A stretch of 64,000 bases of DNA from a virus, in the IMG/VR virus record IMGVR_UViG_3300027969_000043, positions 104,872 to 168,871 of that record; one strand, 5' to 3'. This document shows, piece by piece, positions 50,551-59,270 of the stretch; within the stretch, counting starts at the first letter, position 1, and every line of letters begins with the position of its first letter. The translations under genes were made by a program, and so were the position numbers. The notes below the pieces were generated by a model, which did no database searches, was not told the DNA's origin, and saw only the letters and a program-made list of their open reading frames with translations.

Positions 50551-51405
50551 GTGATATTTTATAAAAACATATTATTAGAAGCTGACGACGTTATTAAACG
50601 CCCAATATTTCATTTTACGGAATTAACAGGTATGTATGAAACGGCTATGAAAGGGTTGGATACAGAACTAAACATTCCAAAGGATGTGTTTAAAAGTTTC
50701 CAAATAAAAGATGAACTATACCCAAAAATGTGGGCAAATGAACAACTTAAACCAGAAATTAGAAAACAATTACTCAAAATAGCTGTAGATTTTTTTACAA
50801 AATTAGAATTACCAGATGAAATAAAACTAAAAGATGTCTTGTTGGTCGGCAGCCTAGCTAATTATAATTGGTCCGAATACTCAGATGTTGATATGCATCT
50901 TGTTGTTGATTTCTCACAATTTAAAGAAGATGAAGAATTTATAAAAAAATTCTTTGACGCACAAAAAAATCTTTATAATATAAAACACGACATCAAAATC
51001 GCTGGCCATGACGTAGAAGTCTACGTACAAGACAAAAACGACAAGGTACACGCTGGCGGCATATACTCATTGCCTAAAGATAATTGGGTACGTATGCCTA
51101 TTAAAAATAGATTTACAGTTGATAGAAAAAATGTTAAACTAAAGGTAGATAAGTTCTTTGATAAAATCAAAAGCATTGAAAACACTTACAAAAAAGAAAA
51201 TTATAAAGACGTAATCACTAAAATAGACGCACTAAAAGACTCGATAAAAAAAATGAGACAGGCTGGATTAGAAAAAGGTGGGGAGTACTCAATAGAAAAT
51301 ATTGTCTTTAAAGTGCTAAGAAGAACCGATTTTATGGAACTTCTAGATACATATAAAAATAAATCTTACGATAAAATGGTAAGTGTAAACGAAGAACAAC
51401 CATGA
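50551..51405 (+). CDS. Pol-beta superfamily nucleotidyltransferase
   Basis: VGSLANYNWSEYSDVDMH (GS..DxD) plus VEVYVQ; late motif just upstream of GTG 50551. Confidence 0.75.
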   Translation: MIFYKNILLEADDVIKRPIFHFTELTGMYETAMKGLDTELNIPKDVFKSFQIKDELYPKMWANEQLKPEIRKQLLKIAVDFFTKLELPDEIKLKDVLLVGSLANYNWSEYSDVDMHLVVDFSQFKEDEEFIKKFFDAQKNLYNIKHDIKIAGHDVEVYVQDKNDKVHAGGIYSLPKDNWVRMPIKNRFTVDRKNVKLKVDKFFDKIKSIENTYKKENYKDVITKIDALKDSIKKMRQAGLEKGGEYSIENIVFKVLRRTDFMELLDTYKNKSYDKMVSVNEEQP

Positions 51406-52424
51406 AAAATCTTATTTTAGAAAAATTACATATATTGCTTGAAGATAAGGGCTATAGGATTGCACCCCAAGACTACGGTGCGGAATTTAGACAAACTGGC
51501 TCAGGTAAGTCTATGACTGGTATTCCAAACAAAAATGTTATCTCTGACGAAAAACTTAATCAAGTAATGGCTCAATTAGCCCTAGCAAAAGAAATATCTC
51601 TAAAATATAAAAGAGCTTGGGATAAAGGTGAAGAAGGCATTTTCGTAAATTGGATGGGTAGAAAAATGCTTATGAGAATTCCTAAAGAACTTAGAACAGC
51701 TACAGACCCTAACGGAAGACCAGTAGACTATTCTAACTACTTTAATATCGCAACAATTGGTGATGGCGGATTCCAATACAAATTATACCCAAACGGAAAT
51801 ATACTAGGTGGTGTTGTACAATCTAGACCAGATATGGCCGATAGACCAAATTTAACTGGCGCCGTAGATGCTGGATATGACAAAACATTTGACGATAGAA
51901 TCAAATACTTTTTTGTTAAAGCTGGTATCATGGGCAAATATAAAGAAGAAGCTGGCAGATTCGCTAGCGTATTGGACACACCTGCCATAGACGCATCTGT
52001 TAAAGTACGTGTAATATTCCATGACGAAATACTAGACTTTCTTACCAAAGATAAAGGTGCAGCACAATATACCGCAGATAAAAAAGGTGCCGAAATAGCA
52101 AACAAAATGGAATTCGAAAAGAAATTAGAAAAGATTAGAAAAGACGCTGAAATCGCAATCGGTAAACCAGTTTATGGTAGCAAAACTTGGATGGACTTTA
52201 AAGATAAGCTTAAAATCATGTTTGATAACCCAGAAGAACAAAAGGCTATGGATATCAACCAAATGACCAAAGATTTTATTAAACAATATCAAGAAACCAA
52301 TACCGTTCTATATAAAGGTAAACAACAAATAACCATGGACCCAGACGAAGAAGCAGAATGGGAAAAAGAACAAAAAGAAAAATTAGCTAGAATAACAGCT
52401 GCTAAAGCTAGAATGAAAAAATAA
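51402..52424 (+). CDS. Hypothetical protein with LxE tag
   Basis: MKNLILEKLHILLE. Confidence 0.65.
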   Translation: MKNLILEKLHILLEDKGYRIAPQDYGAEFRQTGSGKSMTGIPNKNVISDEKLNQVMAQLALAKEISLKYKRAWDKGEEGIFVNWMGRKMLMRIPKELRTATDPNGRPVDYSNYFNIATIGDGGFQYKLYPNGNILGGVVQSRPDMADRPNLTGAVDAGYDKTFDDRIKYFFVKAGIMGKYKEEAGRFASVLDTPAIDASVKVRVIFHDEILDFLTKDKGAAQYTADKKGAEIANKMEFEKKLEKIRKDAEIAIGKPVYGSKTWMDFKDKLKIMFDNPEEQKAMDINQMTKDFIKQYQETNTVLYKGKQQITMDPDEEAEWEKEQKEKLARITAAKARMKK

Positions 52425-52428
52425 ACAT

Positions 52429-53121
52429 ATGAAAAAGAAACTATTAAAACAAAAAGAAAGGGCTATCATCGAAAGCTTTGCTAAGAATTTTAATAAAATT
52501 AAAAGACTTGACGAAAATGAAATTAGTGAAGAACCATTAAACGCCACCAATCATTTACAGGTGGGCGATAGATTAGAAAAAATAAATACATCAACACCAG
52601 ACACTTTAACTATTGTAAAAATAGATGGTAATAAACTTTTTATAAAATCAGATGCGGCCAACCACGAATTTCAATGGACTCTAGATAGCGTCGATGATGA
52701 AATTAAAAGAGGTAAATTAAAATGGTTTCCAAAAAATGAATCACTAGATGAAATCAACCTTAAAAAAAGTTTGGCAACCCTAGGGTTAGCAGCAACCATG
52801 ATGGGTGCACCTAAAGACGCTGCAGCTCAAATGCCACAACAACCACAAGGTATAGAAAAATCGGTTGCTAGTGCTCAAGCTTTGGGCTTGCCAGAAGACA
52901 ATCGCAAAGCGGGTAAAGTAGTTATTGATTCTTACACAAGAAATCCTTTTACTGCCGATATGTGGAGCAAAAAAAGCCGTGAAAATCTAAGGTTTTTTAA
53001 AACACTTAAAAAACTTGTTGATTATTATATGGGCGGTGGACAAGTAGACGATTCTGATATTGAAGAATTAGGCGCAATGGTAAAACAATCACCAGTTGCT
53101 ATGGATTTCTTACAAAGATAA
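52429..53121 (+). CDS. Hypothetical protein with LxE sites
   Basis: AIIES, LDENE, ESLDE. Confidence 0.6.
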   Translation: MKKKLLKQKERAIIESFAKNFNKIKRLDENEISEEPLNATNHLQVGDRLEKINTSTPDTLTIVKIDGNKLFIKSDAANHEFQWTLDSVDDEIKRGKLKWFPKNESLDEINLKKSLATLGLAATMMGAPKDAAAQMPQQPQGIEKSVASAQALGLPEDNRKAGKVVIDSYTRNPFTADMWSKKSRENLRFFKTLKKLVDYYMGGGQVDDSDIEELGAMVKQSPVAMDFLQR

Positions 53122-53124
53122 TAA

Positions 53125-53147
53125 AAAAGGGGCCTAAAGCCCCTTTC
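53125..53147. terminator. Bidirectional terminator
   Basis: AAAGGGGC-CTAAA-GCCCCTTT between convergent genes. Confidence 0.7.
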
Positions 53148-53152
53148 TTATT

Positions 53153-54493
53153 TTAAAATGGTAATATATTATTCTCGGTAAAATCATCGACGTCCATTAA
53201 ATTTAATCTATCCGCCATTGTAATTTCTCGTATCTCAAACTCTTGGACATTGTTCTCAAAATTAACATCGTACATCATAACCTTTGGCTTATTCTGAATC
53301 AACAATTGCATATCCCCGTCACACTTATGAGCATTGGCCAAAGCCTTGTTAAATGCCAATATCTTTTCTTGAACCTCAATCTGTAATTCAACAGGTGTAT
53401 TACAATTATACTTGCCCCTGAATTGACCATTTTCCAAATATTTGTTTTGAGTACTTACCGTCCTAAAATTATCACCAATACCATATGATGATAATTGACG
53501 ATAGTTTAATTCTAATGTATAACCGTTAATGTGATATATCCCAGCACCACCGTTGTCAATTTTATTGATGTAAGTGGCAACACAATGCTTTTGTGTCATA
53601 CCCTCATATAGAACCTCTCTATTGGTTGTCAATAACTTATACCCAGTCACCTCAGCAAACTTACGATATATCTTGGCAACATTTAATTCACGATGCTCCT
53701 CAAATTCTAATACCGTGTTGGTAATCTCTTTGGACCAATCATTATGCATTTGAACCAATCGCTTAACACTCCAAGAACAATTAACCTTCATATCTAGTGT
53801 TCTGGCCATCTTACACGTATCAACAAACATATGATGTGACATCAATTCTGGCTTGAGGCTCTCGATGTTTGTCAAAACCTGTTTCATCTCCTTCCAAATC
53901 TTAAATGTATCTGTGGCTTGGTATTCTTTAAAATGAGCAATTAAAACCTTGATGACTGGAGCTGGCACCTTGAACTTAAATTTTAAAGCGTCGGTTTGAT
54001 TAAAAAGCTTATTTCTAACAATCGTGTTAAACGCCATGCCTTGTAAAGCTGGTGTCTCAGATATAAATCTTATCCAAGAAAACTTCTTCATAAAGGCCTT
54101 CATTATTGGATGCGTATCGATGCTGTCCCAACTAGCAATATTGCCAACATAAGCACGCAACCCAGCATATGTTAATTGAGAGAATTTACCGTGGCCACGC
54201 TTGCTAGAATACCAAAACTTACCCCCCTTATAAATGATGCTCTCCATTTTCTTTTTTCGGATATACATCTTGTTCGTAATGCTAATACCAACGGTCTCAT
54301 GAAACGTACAAATCTCAAAATCACCATTTTCTTGTGTAAACTTAACAACTCGTGTGATGTAATAACTACCTCGATTGTTGAAATACAAAATCCTAGCCTT
54401 GTACTTGTCTTTCGCGTAAACTTCAAATAGTTTGTCAACCAACGAAGATTTGGACTCCTGTATCAAGGTCCACTCTGGTTTATTTTTTTCCAT
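53153..54493 (-). CDS. PcfJ-like domain protein
   Basis: EGMTQKHCVATY, YTLEL, QFRGKYN; host-type promoter 54515-54545. Confidence 0.75.
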   Translation of the reverse strand: MEKNKPEWTLIQESKSSLVDKLFEVYAKDKYKARILYFNNRGSYYITRVVKFTQENGDFEICTFHETVGISITNKMYIRKKKMESIIYKGGKFWYSSKRGHGKFSQLTYAGLRAYVGNIASWDSIDTHPIMKAFMKKFSWIRFISETPALQGMAFNTIVRNKLFNQTDALKFKFKVPAPVIKVLIAHFKEYQATDTFKIWKEMKQVLTNIESLKPELMSHHMFVDTCKMARTLDMKVNCSWSVKRLVQMHNDWSKEITNTVLEFEEHRELNVAKIYRKFAEVTGYKLLTTNREVLYEGMTQKHCVATYINKIDNGGAGIYHINGYTLELNYRQLSSYGIGDNFRTVSTQNKYLENGQFRGKYNCNTPVELQIEVQEKILAFNKALANAHKCDGDMQLLIQNKPKVMMYDVNFENNVQEFEIREITMADRLNLMDVDDFTENNILPF

Positions 54494-54546
54494 ATGTAAA
54501 TTGATTTATTTTGGCAAATATACCAAAAAAAATCAAATCACCAAAA

Positions 54547-55026
54547 TTATTTTTTAAGATTTGCATAATATACTATGTAACTCTTTAAACACTTAGATTT
54601 AAAATCTATCCACGTATCCATATTTATCTTAATCCCCAGCCGATTACCCAATTTCAATCCCTCATCCCAAGCAGCAAATTCTTCCTCTAGGCTCGCAACA
54701 ACATAAGAATCCCTACGCATATATCTTTTATCATTGGTTGTTAAATTAACCTCTTCAGCATACGCCGAAGTTGGAAACCGCTTGGTAAACTTCTTCCAAT
54801 TCTTTCTAATTTCGTGATGACCCAACTCATGTAACATCAAATAGGTTTTTATCTCTACACCATATTTACCCTCGATATATATTGATTTTGGCTCATTTAA
54901 GGTTTGTAGGTTCCATTTTATCATGGATACACCCTTGTGATTAAGACTTATGTTAGCATAACCCTCATTAACAGCATATTCAGTTAAATGCCCAATTGCC
55001 CTCTTGTAACTATATCTACCTGCCAA
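54547..55026 (-). CDS. HExxH zincin-like protein
   Basis: LHELGHH...EEFAAWDEG. Confidence 0.7.
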   Translation of the reverse strand: MAGRYSYKRAIGHLTEYAVNEGYANISLNHKGVSMIKWNLQTLNEPKSIYIEGKYGVEIKTYLMLHELGHHEIRKNWKKFTKRFPTSAYAEEVNLTTNDKRYMRRDSYVVASLEEEFAAWDEGLKLGNRLGIKINMDTWIDFKSKCLKSYIVYYANLKK

Positions 55027-55132
55027 AACCTTTTTTTTATAAATATCCAGTATATCTATATTAACATGTGAAGGTCAAACAAGCTCTGCAATTTACACTT
55101 CCAAAAGCAGGTACGGCGACATCGCCAGCTAC

Positions 55133-55735
55133 CTAGATGGAGCCAGGACCGACGTAATTAAATCTAAACTCTGGGTTGACCCAAACATTTCCACCACCAG
55201 TTATCTTGGCTGTTCTATCTATTATCAGCTGTCTAACAGCTACCGCATCTGGACTAAATGCACTGCCATCAGATGGTCTTAAATATTTCTTGGCCTCCTC
55301 TTTAGGGAATTCAACAAACTTTCCACCATCCATTACAGCAAATGAATATTGAGACCCCGTAGGATATATAGGCAAATACAAACCACTCTTGCCAGTCTCT
55401 AACATATCAAAACCCTCTAATCTTTCATATGTGCCACGGCGTTGACCAGGCTCCGACTCAATACCCTTGCGCTCCTGAGCCCTGCGATACGTATCTAACC
55501 ATGGAAACATAAACATTGTATGCTTATATAATTTACCATACATAGGATTGGGCATCTTGCCCTCTGGGGTAACAAGGTTCTTATTCATGTTGCTATCCAT
55601 GCTAGCAACATAATACGCTGTACCAGTTGTCATCTTGCCAAATCCCTGAGCCAAAAACTCAAAAAGGTCTGTATAACTACCTTCGTTTAAAATAGCCTCA
55701 GAAATTAAATCATTTAAAATTTTTTGTATTTTCAT
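55133..55735 (-). CDS. Hypothetical protein with LxE tag
   Basis: MKIQKILNDLISEAILNE; late motif 55749-56. Confidence 0.7.
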   Translation of the reverse strand: MKIQKILNDLISEAILNEGSYTDLFEFLAQGFGKMTTGTAYYVASMDSNMNKNLVTPEGKMPNPMYGKLYKHTMFMFPWLDTYRRAQERKGIESEPGQRRGTYERLEGFDMLETGKSGLYLPIYPTGSQYSFAVMDGGKFVEFPKEEAKKYLRPSDGSAFSPDAVAVRQLIIDRTAKITGGGNVWVNPEFRFNYVGPGSI

Positions 55736-55807
55736 AACTTTTTTTTATATAAATATACGGAAAAATCCCCCAGAAAAAATTTTTTAAAAGGGGGGTACCA
55801 CACCTTT

Positions 55808-56560
55808 TTATTTAATCTTTATATGTTCAACAACCTTGATATTATCCGTATTAAATATTATGTATTCATAATCCTGATAGTCAAACCCATCATATCCACA
55901 CTTTTTAAAAAATAACGACATGTCTTTTTCGTACTCCGCAGTTTTGTAATTAAACGCAAATATAAGAAAATCATTAATGCTCTTATCTGTGTTTTTTTTC
56001 AAATCATATAATATCTCGGTGTTTTTATCACCACCCTTTTGGTTGCCTAAAATCTCTTTGACATTAGAAAGAACATCCTGTATTTCTTTATACTCCGCAT
56101 TATTTTTAACACGCATTAACACATCTTCCAGCTTATTGACCAAAAATTTTAAATCATCTAAATCATTGATATCGTAATCCCTTAGATTTTCGTATTTAGG
56201 ATTTGTGTTAATTTCATTCCTAATCTCACTAGTATACTTTAATTTTAATTCAATACTTCTAATAAAATCAGAACTTATCTTTTCATCCAAAGATAATAAC
56301 TTTAAATTTGATTTATCAACTATTGTCATATATGCGCCATAATCCGATGCCTTAAATGGCGTAGAAGCAAAATATATTCCCCACCCATGTATACCCCTAG
56401 AACCACCCTTGATATAATCAGTATGAAATTTGTACCTAAAATCATCACCACAATGATACATGATATCTTGCTTTGAATACTTTCTAGCAATATCTTGAGT
56501 TATATTACTCACCATTTCATTCAAATACCTTCGTAAACTATTTTTTATAATATTTTTCAT
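55808..56560 (-). CDS. ADP-ribosyltransferase-fold protein with LxE tag
   Basis: MYHCG...F...HGWGIYFAST..KA..YG...GYDGF...EYIIFN. Confidence 0.6.
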   Translation of the reverse strand: MKNIIKNSLRRYLNEMVSNITQDIARKYSKQDIMYHCGDDFRYKFHTDYIKGGSRGIHGWGIYFASTPFKASDYGAYMTIVDKSNLKLLSLDEKISSDFIRSIELKLKYTSEIRNEINTNPKYENLRDYDINDLDDLKFLVNKLEDVLMRVKNNAEYKEIQDVLSNVKEILGNQKGGDKNTEILYDLKKNTDKSINDFLIFAFNYKTAEYEKDMSLFFKKCGYDGFDYQDYEYIIFNTDNIKVVEHIKIK

Positions 56561-56675
56561 ACCCTATAAATATCACGAAAAATTTCCCAGAAAAAAATTT
56601 TTAAAAAAGGACCCCCTCTTATATTTTAAGTCGAAAATTTCCCAGAAAAAAATTTTTTAAAAAGGGGTACCCCTC

Positions 56676-57380
56676 TTATTTTATCTTTTTACCATCAACA
56701 AATAATTTATTCAACATATCATCACTTATAAGATTAAGCTTAATATTACTACCCAAAATCTTTTGTACAGGAAAATTTCTTAATAACACATTGCTTGATA
56801 ACCAAAAACCACCAGAACCATTAAAAGCATTGGAAATAACCCTTTTTTTATCTTTATACGTGTTCTTATTTATAACAAGTATATAATTTGACCCCCCATC
56901 CTCAAACGTAAAAAATACCAATTCTTTACCCTTGACATGCGAAGATATATCAGGATAATCATCTAACTCTTCACTTACCGTAATATTAAAACCTAATCCC
57001 ATCCCGTTAATCCTATTCATCTCTTTTAAAAATGGTTCGTCATGCTCATGCTCAATACCCTGTTGAGATAAATAAACATGTATCATCTCATGCGCTAACG
57101 TATTCTTAAATTGACTATATGTTAAATCGTAAAACCTAGACATCCTTAAACCACGTATAATTTCTTTACCCGATTCATCTTTCGCATAATATACTGTACC
57201 AATAAGATTTTTATCCATACCCCACCTTATTGGTATTGGCGCTATCTCACCCCCAAATAACAACCCATTTAATCTATTAAATTCTGACGTTAAATTAATA
57301 TCATTAAAATCAATAACATCTTTATCATTAATCGTTTCTAATATCATACGCCTAAATAACTCCTGTATTAACTTTCTCAT
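56676..57380 (-). CDS. SprT-like metalloprotease (paralogue of domain in 39771..41213)
   Basis: FNRLNGLLFGG...LAHEMIHV...HDEPFLKEMNRIN; start MRKLIQELFRRMILE follows late motif 57387-94. Confidence 0.8.
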   Translation of the reverse strand: MRKLIQELFRRMILETINDKDVIDFNDINLTSEFNRLNGLLFGGEIAPIPIRWGMDKNLIGTVYYAKDESGKEIIRGLRMSRFYDLTYSQFKNTLAHEMIHVYLSQQGIEHEHDEPFLKEMNRINGMGLGFNITVSEELDDYPDISSHVKGKELVFFTFEDGGSNYILVINKNTYKDKKRVISNAFNGSGGFWLSSNVLLRNFPVQKILGSNIKLNLISDDMLNKLFVDGKKIK

Positions 57381-57496
57381 ATAAAGATAAATATCACGAA
57401 AAATTCCCAGAAAAAAATTTTTTAAAAAGGGGGTACCCCTATATGACCTTAAAAAAATTCCCAGAAAATTTTTGCGTGAAGGGTCACCCCCTATGT

Positions 57497-57586
57497 GGGG
57501 TGGCATACGGGGGGGTATGTAAGGGGGGTAACGGGGGGAGGGGGTACGGGGGGAGGGGTACCCCTTATATATGGGGGAGGGGTACG
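57497..57586 (+). repeat. G-run tract (nine runs of G4-G7; three GGGGGAGGGGTAC-type units)
   Basis: Directly visible in an otherwise AT-rich sequence. Confidence 0.9.
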
Positions 57587-57593
57587 TATATAA

Positions 57594-57625
57594 AAAAACC
57601 CCCTTTTGATTTTAAGGGGGTTTTT
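57594..57625 (-). terminator. Intrinsic terminator after 57644..58198
   Basis: AAAAACCCCCTT...AAGGGGGTTTTT. Confidence 0.7.
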
Positions 57626-57643
57626 AGACGTTTTAAGGATACC

Positions 57644-58198
57644 TTATTCAGTTATAAGGTATTCAGTCCCGCAGAACTTAATTAGTGTTATACGGCTAAT
57701 GTATGGGGTTATCATACGGAAATCATCTTCAACGGCTACAAGTCCACGTCCTGCTGTTTTTTTAGGTGTAGGGTTAAAATAGATAGGTGCCCACAAGTCC
57801 ATACTGATAGCCTCAGCCTCAGTAATTTCCTTGCCGTTATGAAAGTAGCCAAGTAATTCAACTGCCTCAGTTTTCAATATCTTTGCGTCTAACATCATTT
57901 CACCCGTTTTAAGTGAACGGATAAGGGTAGTTGATAGCCTTTCTTTGCCCTTCATTTCCTCAGCCTTAAATTCAGTTTCACCCGTTAAATTAATCACTTT
58001 GTTAGTGTAATTGTGGTTAAGGTAGGCATTTTTTACCCTTACAAGTTTTTGAACTTGCTTTGTACCCTTTACAACACGTGAACGGCTATCGTCCACAAAA
58101 TACGTTAAACTAATTGAAGTTGAACGTGTAAAGTCCTTTACTAATTCAGCGAAATTAGCCACACTGATAGGCTGTTGGTTTAATACTGCTGTTTGCAT
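57644..58198 (-). CDS. Early hypothetical protein
   Basis: Own promoter 58229-58260 and shared leader. Confidence 0.75.
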   Translation of the reverse strand: MQTAVLNQQPISVANFAELVKDFTRSTSISLTYFVDDSRSRVVKGTKQVQKLVRVKNAYLNHNYTNKVINLTGETEFKAEEMKGKERLSTTLIRSLKTGEMMLDAKILKTEAVELLGYFHNGKEITEAEAISMDLWAPIYFNPTPKKTAGRGLVAVEDDFRMITPYISRITLIKFCGTEYLITE

Positions 58199-58261
58199 TT
58201 TTTGTTGGTTTAATTGTGAAAAGATGATGTAATTTAGTAAAATAAATTCAATATACCAAAT

Positions 58262-58489
58262 TTATTTTTTATCATTGTAAATTATAAAAATTGTTGATGT
58301 AATAAATAAAACTAATGAAGTAACCCAACCCCAACACAAAAACCAACCTACGTGCCCTTTATCCATTGCGTGCGCGTATTCGTACATACTGCTTTCACTT
58401 GTCCCAGGTTCAGCACCCAAAATAAATAACGTACATAAACCTAAAACGATAAGGGAAATTTCTTGAGCATAGAAAATAAAATTTTTCAT
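58262..58489 (-). CDS. Small two-TM membrane protein (paralogue of 60271..60507)
   Basis: LGAEPGTSESSMYEY loop between hydrophobic helices. Confidence 0.75.
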   Translation of the reverse strand: MKNFIFYAQEISLIVLGLCTLFILGAEPGTSESSMYEYAHAMDKGHVGWFLCWGWVTSLVLFITSTIFIIYNDKK

Positions 58490-58649
58490 AATTTGAATAG
58501 TTTAATTGTTAAAAGATGATGCAATTTACAAAATAATTTTGATATAGCAAATTTATTTTTGAATTATTTTGATATTTTTTTTATTGATATATGTTGCTAA
58601 AATGTTTAGCAATTTGCTAAATTATTTAGTATGCTAATATTTTTAGCAT

Positions 58650-58701
58650 TATAGGGTGCGTTGGAGTATACTTCCCGATTTGTAGTCGTCTGTGCCTTTG
58701 C
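58650..58701 (-). ncRNA. Candidate small RNA, copy U1
   Basis: Promoter 58706-58737; core CGGGAAGTATACTCCAA at 58661-58677; no ORF. Confidence 0.55.
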
Positions 58702-58823
58702 ATAGCAAAGGTAAGGAAAGCAATTGATATAAACAAATTTATTTTGAATTATTTTTAAATTATTTTAAATAAAAAAAATCAGGATATAGAAATATCCCGA
58801 TTTATCCTTATACAATATAAACC

Positions 58824-58958
58824 CTAATTAAAACGATTGTTGCGTCGTGTCATTTTGTCCCACGACTGATTGCCGTGACAACCATATCCAGCACGACAAG
58901 ATGAACCAAAGATAGCGATTGAACCAAGCAATACCAAAGCAAATAATAATTTTTTCAT
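58824..58958 (-). CDS. 44-aa lipoprotein-like peptide (not in ORF track)
   Basis: MKKLLFALVLLGSIAIFGSSCRAGYGCHGNQSWDKMTRRNNRFN; own promoter and terminator. Confidence 0.7.
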   Translation of the reverse strand: MKKLLFALVLLGSIAIFGSSCRAGYGCHGNQSWDKMTRRNNRFN

Positions 58959-59076
58959 TTTTAAAAGTTTAATTGTTAATTGATAATGCAAATATAGGAC
59001 AATAAATTCAAACTACCAAATTTATTTTTAAAAAGATTTATTTGTTTATTTGAAATTAATTTTGTATTATTGCTGA

Positions 59077-59259
59077 ATGAAAAAATTATTATTACTTATT
59101 GCGATTGCTACCTTATCGGGTTGCTATGAATATCGTAAATTGCCCAATGTTAAACGTGTTAATAAGGGTGATGTAAGAAAAGCAATGAAACATAGCACTT
59201 CAAATTATGAAATGCCAAGACAAAGCACTTATAACGTTTCTTATCATTATAACCATTAA
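59077..59259 (+). CDS. Small lipoprotein
   Basis: MKKLLLLIAIATLSGC lipobox. Confidence 0.7.
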   Translation: MKKLLLLIAIATLSGCYEYRKLPNVKRVNKGDVRKAMKHSTSNYEMPRQSTYNVSYHYNH

Positions 59260-59270
59260 ACCAAACTAAA

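Larger units (their letters stand above)
55760..57492 (+). repeat. Five dispersed ~40-bp direct repeats, consensus GAAAAATTCCCAGAAAAAAATTTTTTAAAAAGGGGTACCCC
   Basis: Copies at ~55760-55799, 56577-56620, 56633-56677, 57398-57440 and 57451-57492 (last degenerate). Confidence 0.85.

Noticed and set aside
57381-57506. N-terminal extension of the 276-aa ORF
   Set aside because: It translates the boundary repeats; the late motif at 57387 points to ATG 57380
57443-57685. 80-aa Gly-rich ORF
   Set aside because: Artefact of the G-run tract; crosses a terminator and overlaps a convergent gene
55133-58198. Possible homology between 55133..55735 and 57644..58198 across the boundary
   Set aside because: Only a vague pattern resemblance; cannot be supported without a profile search
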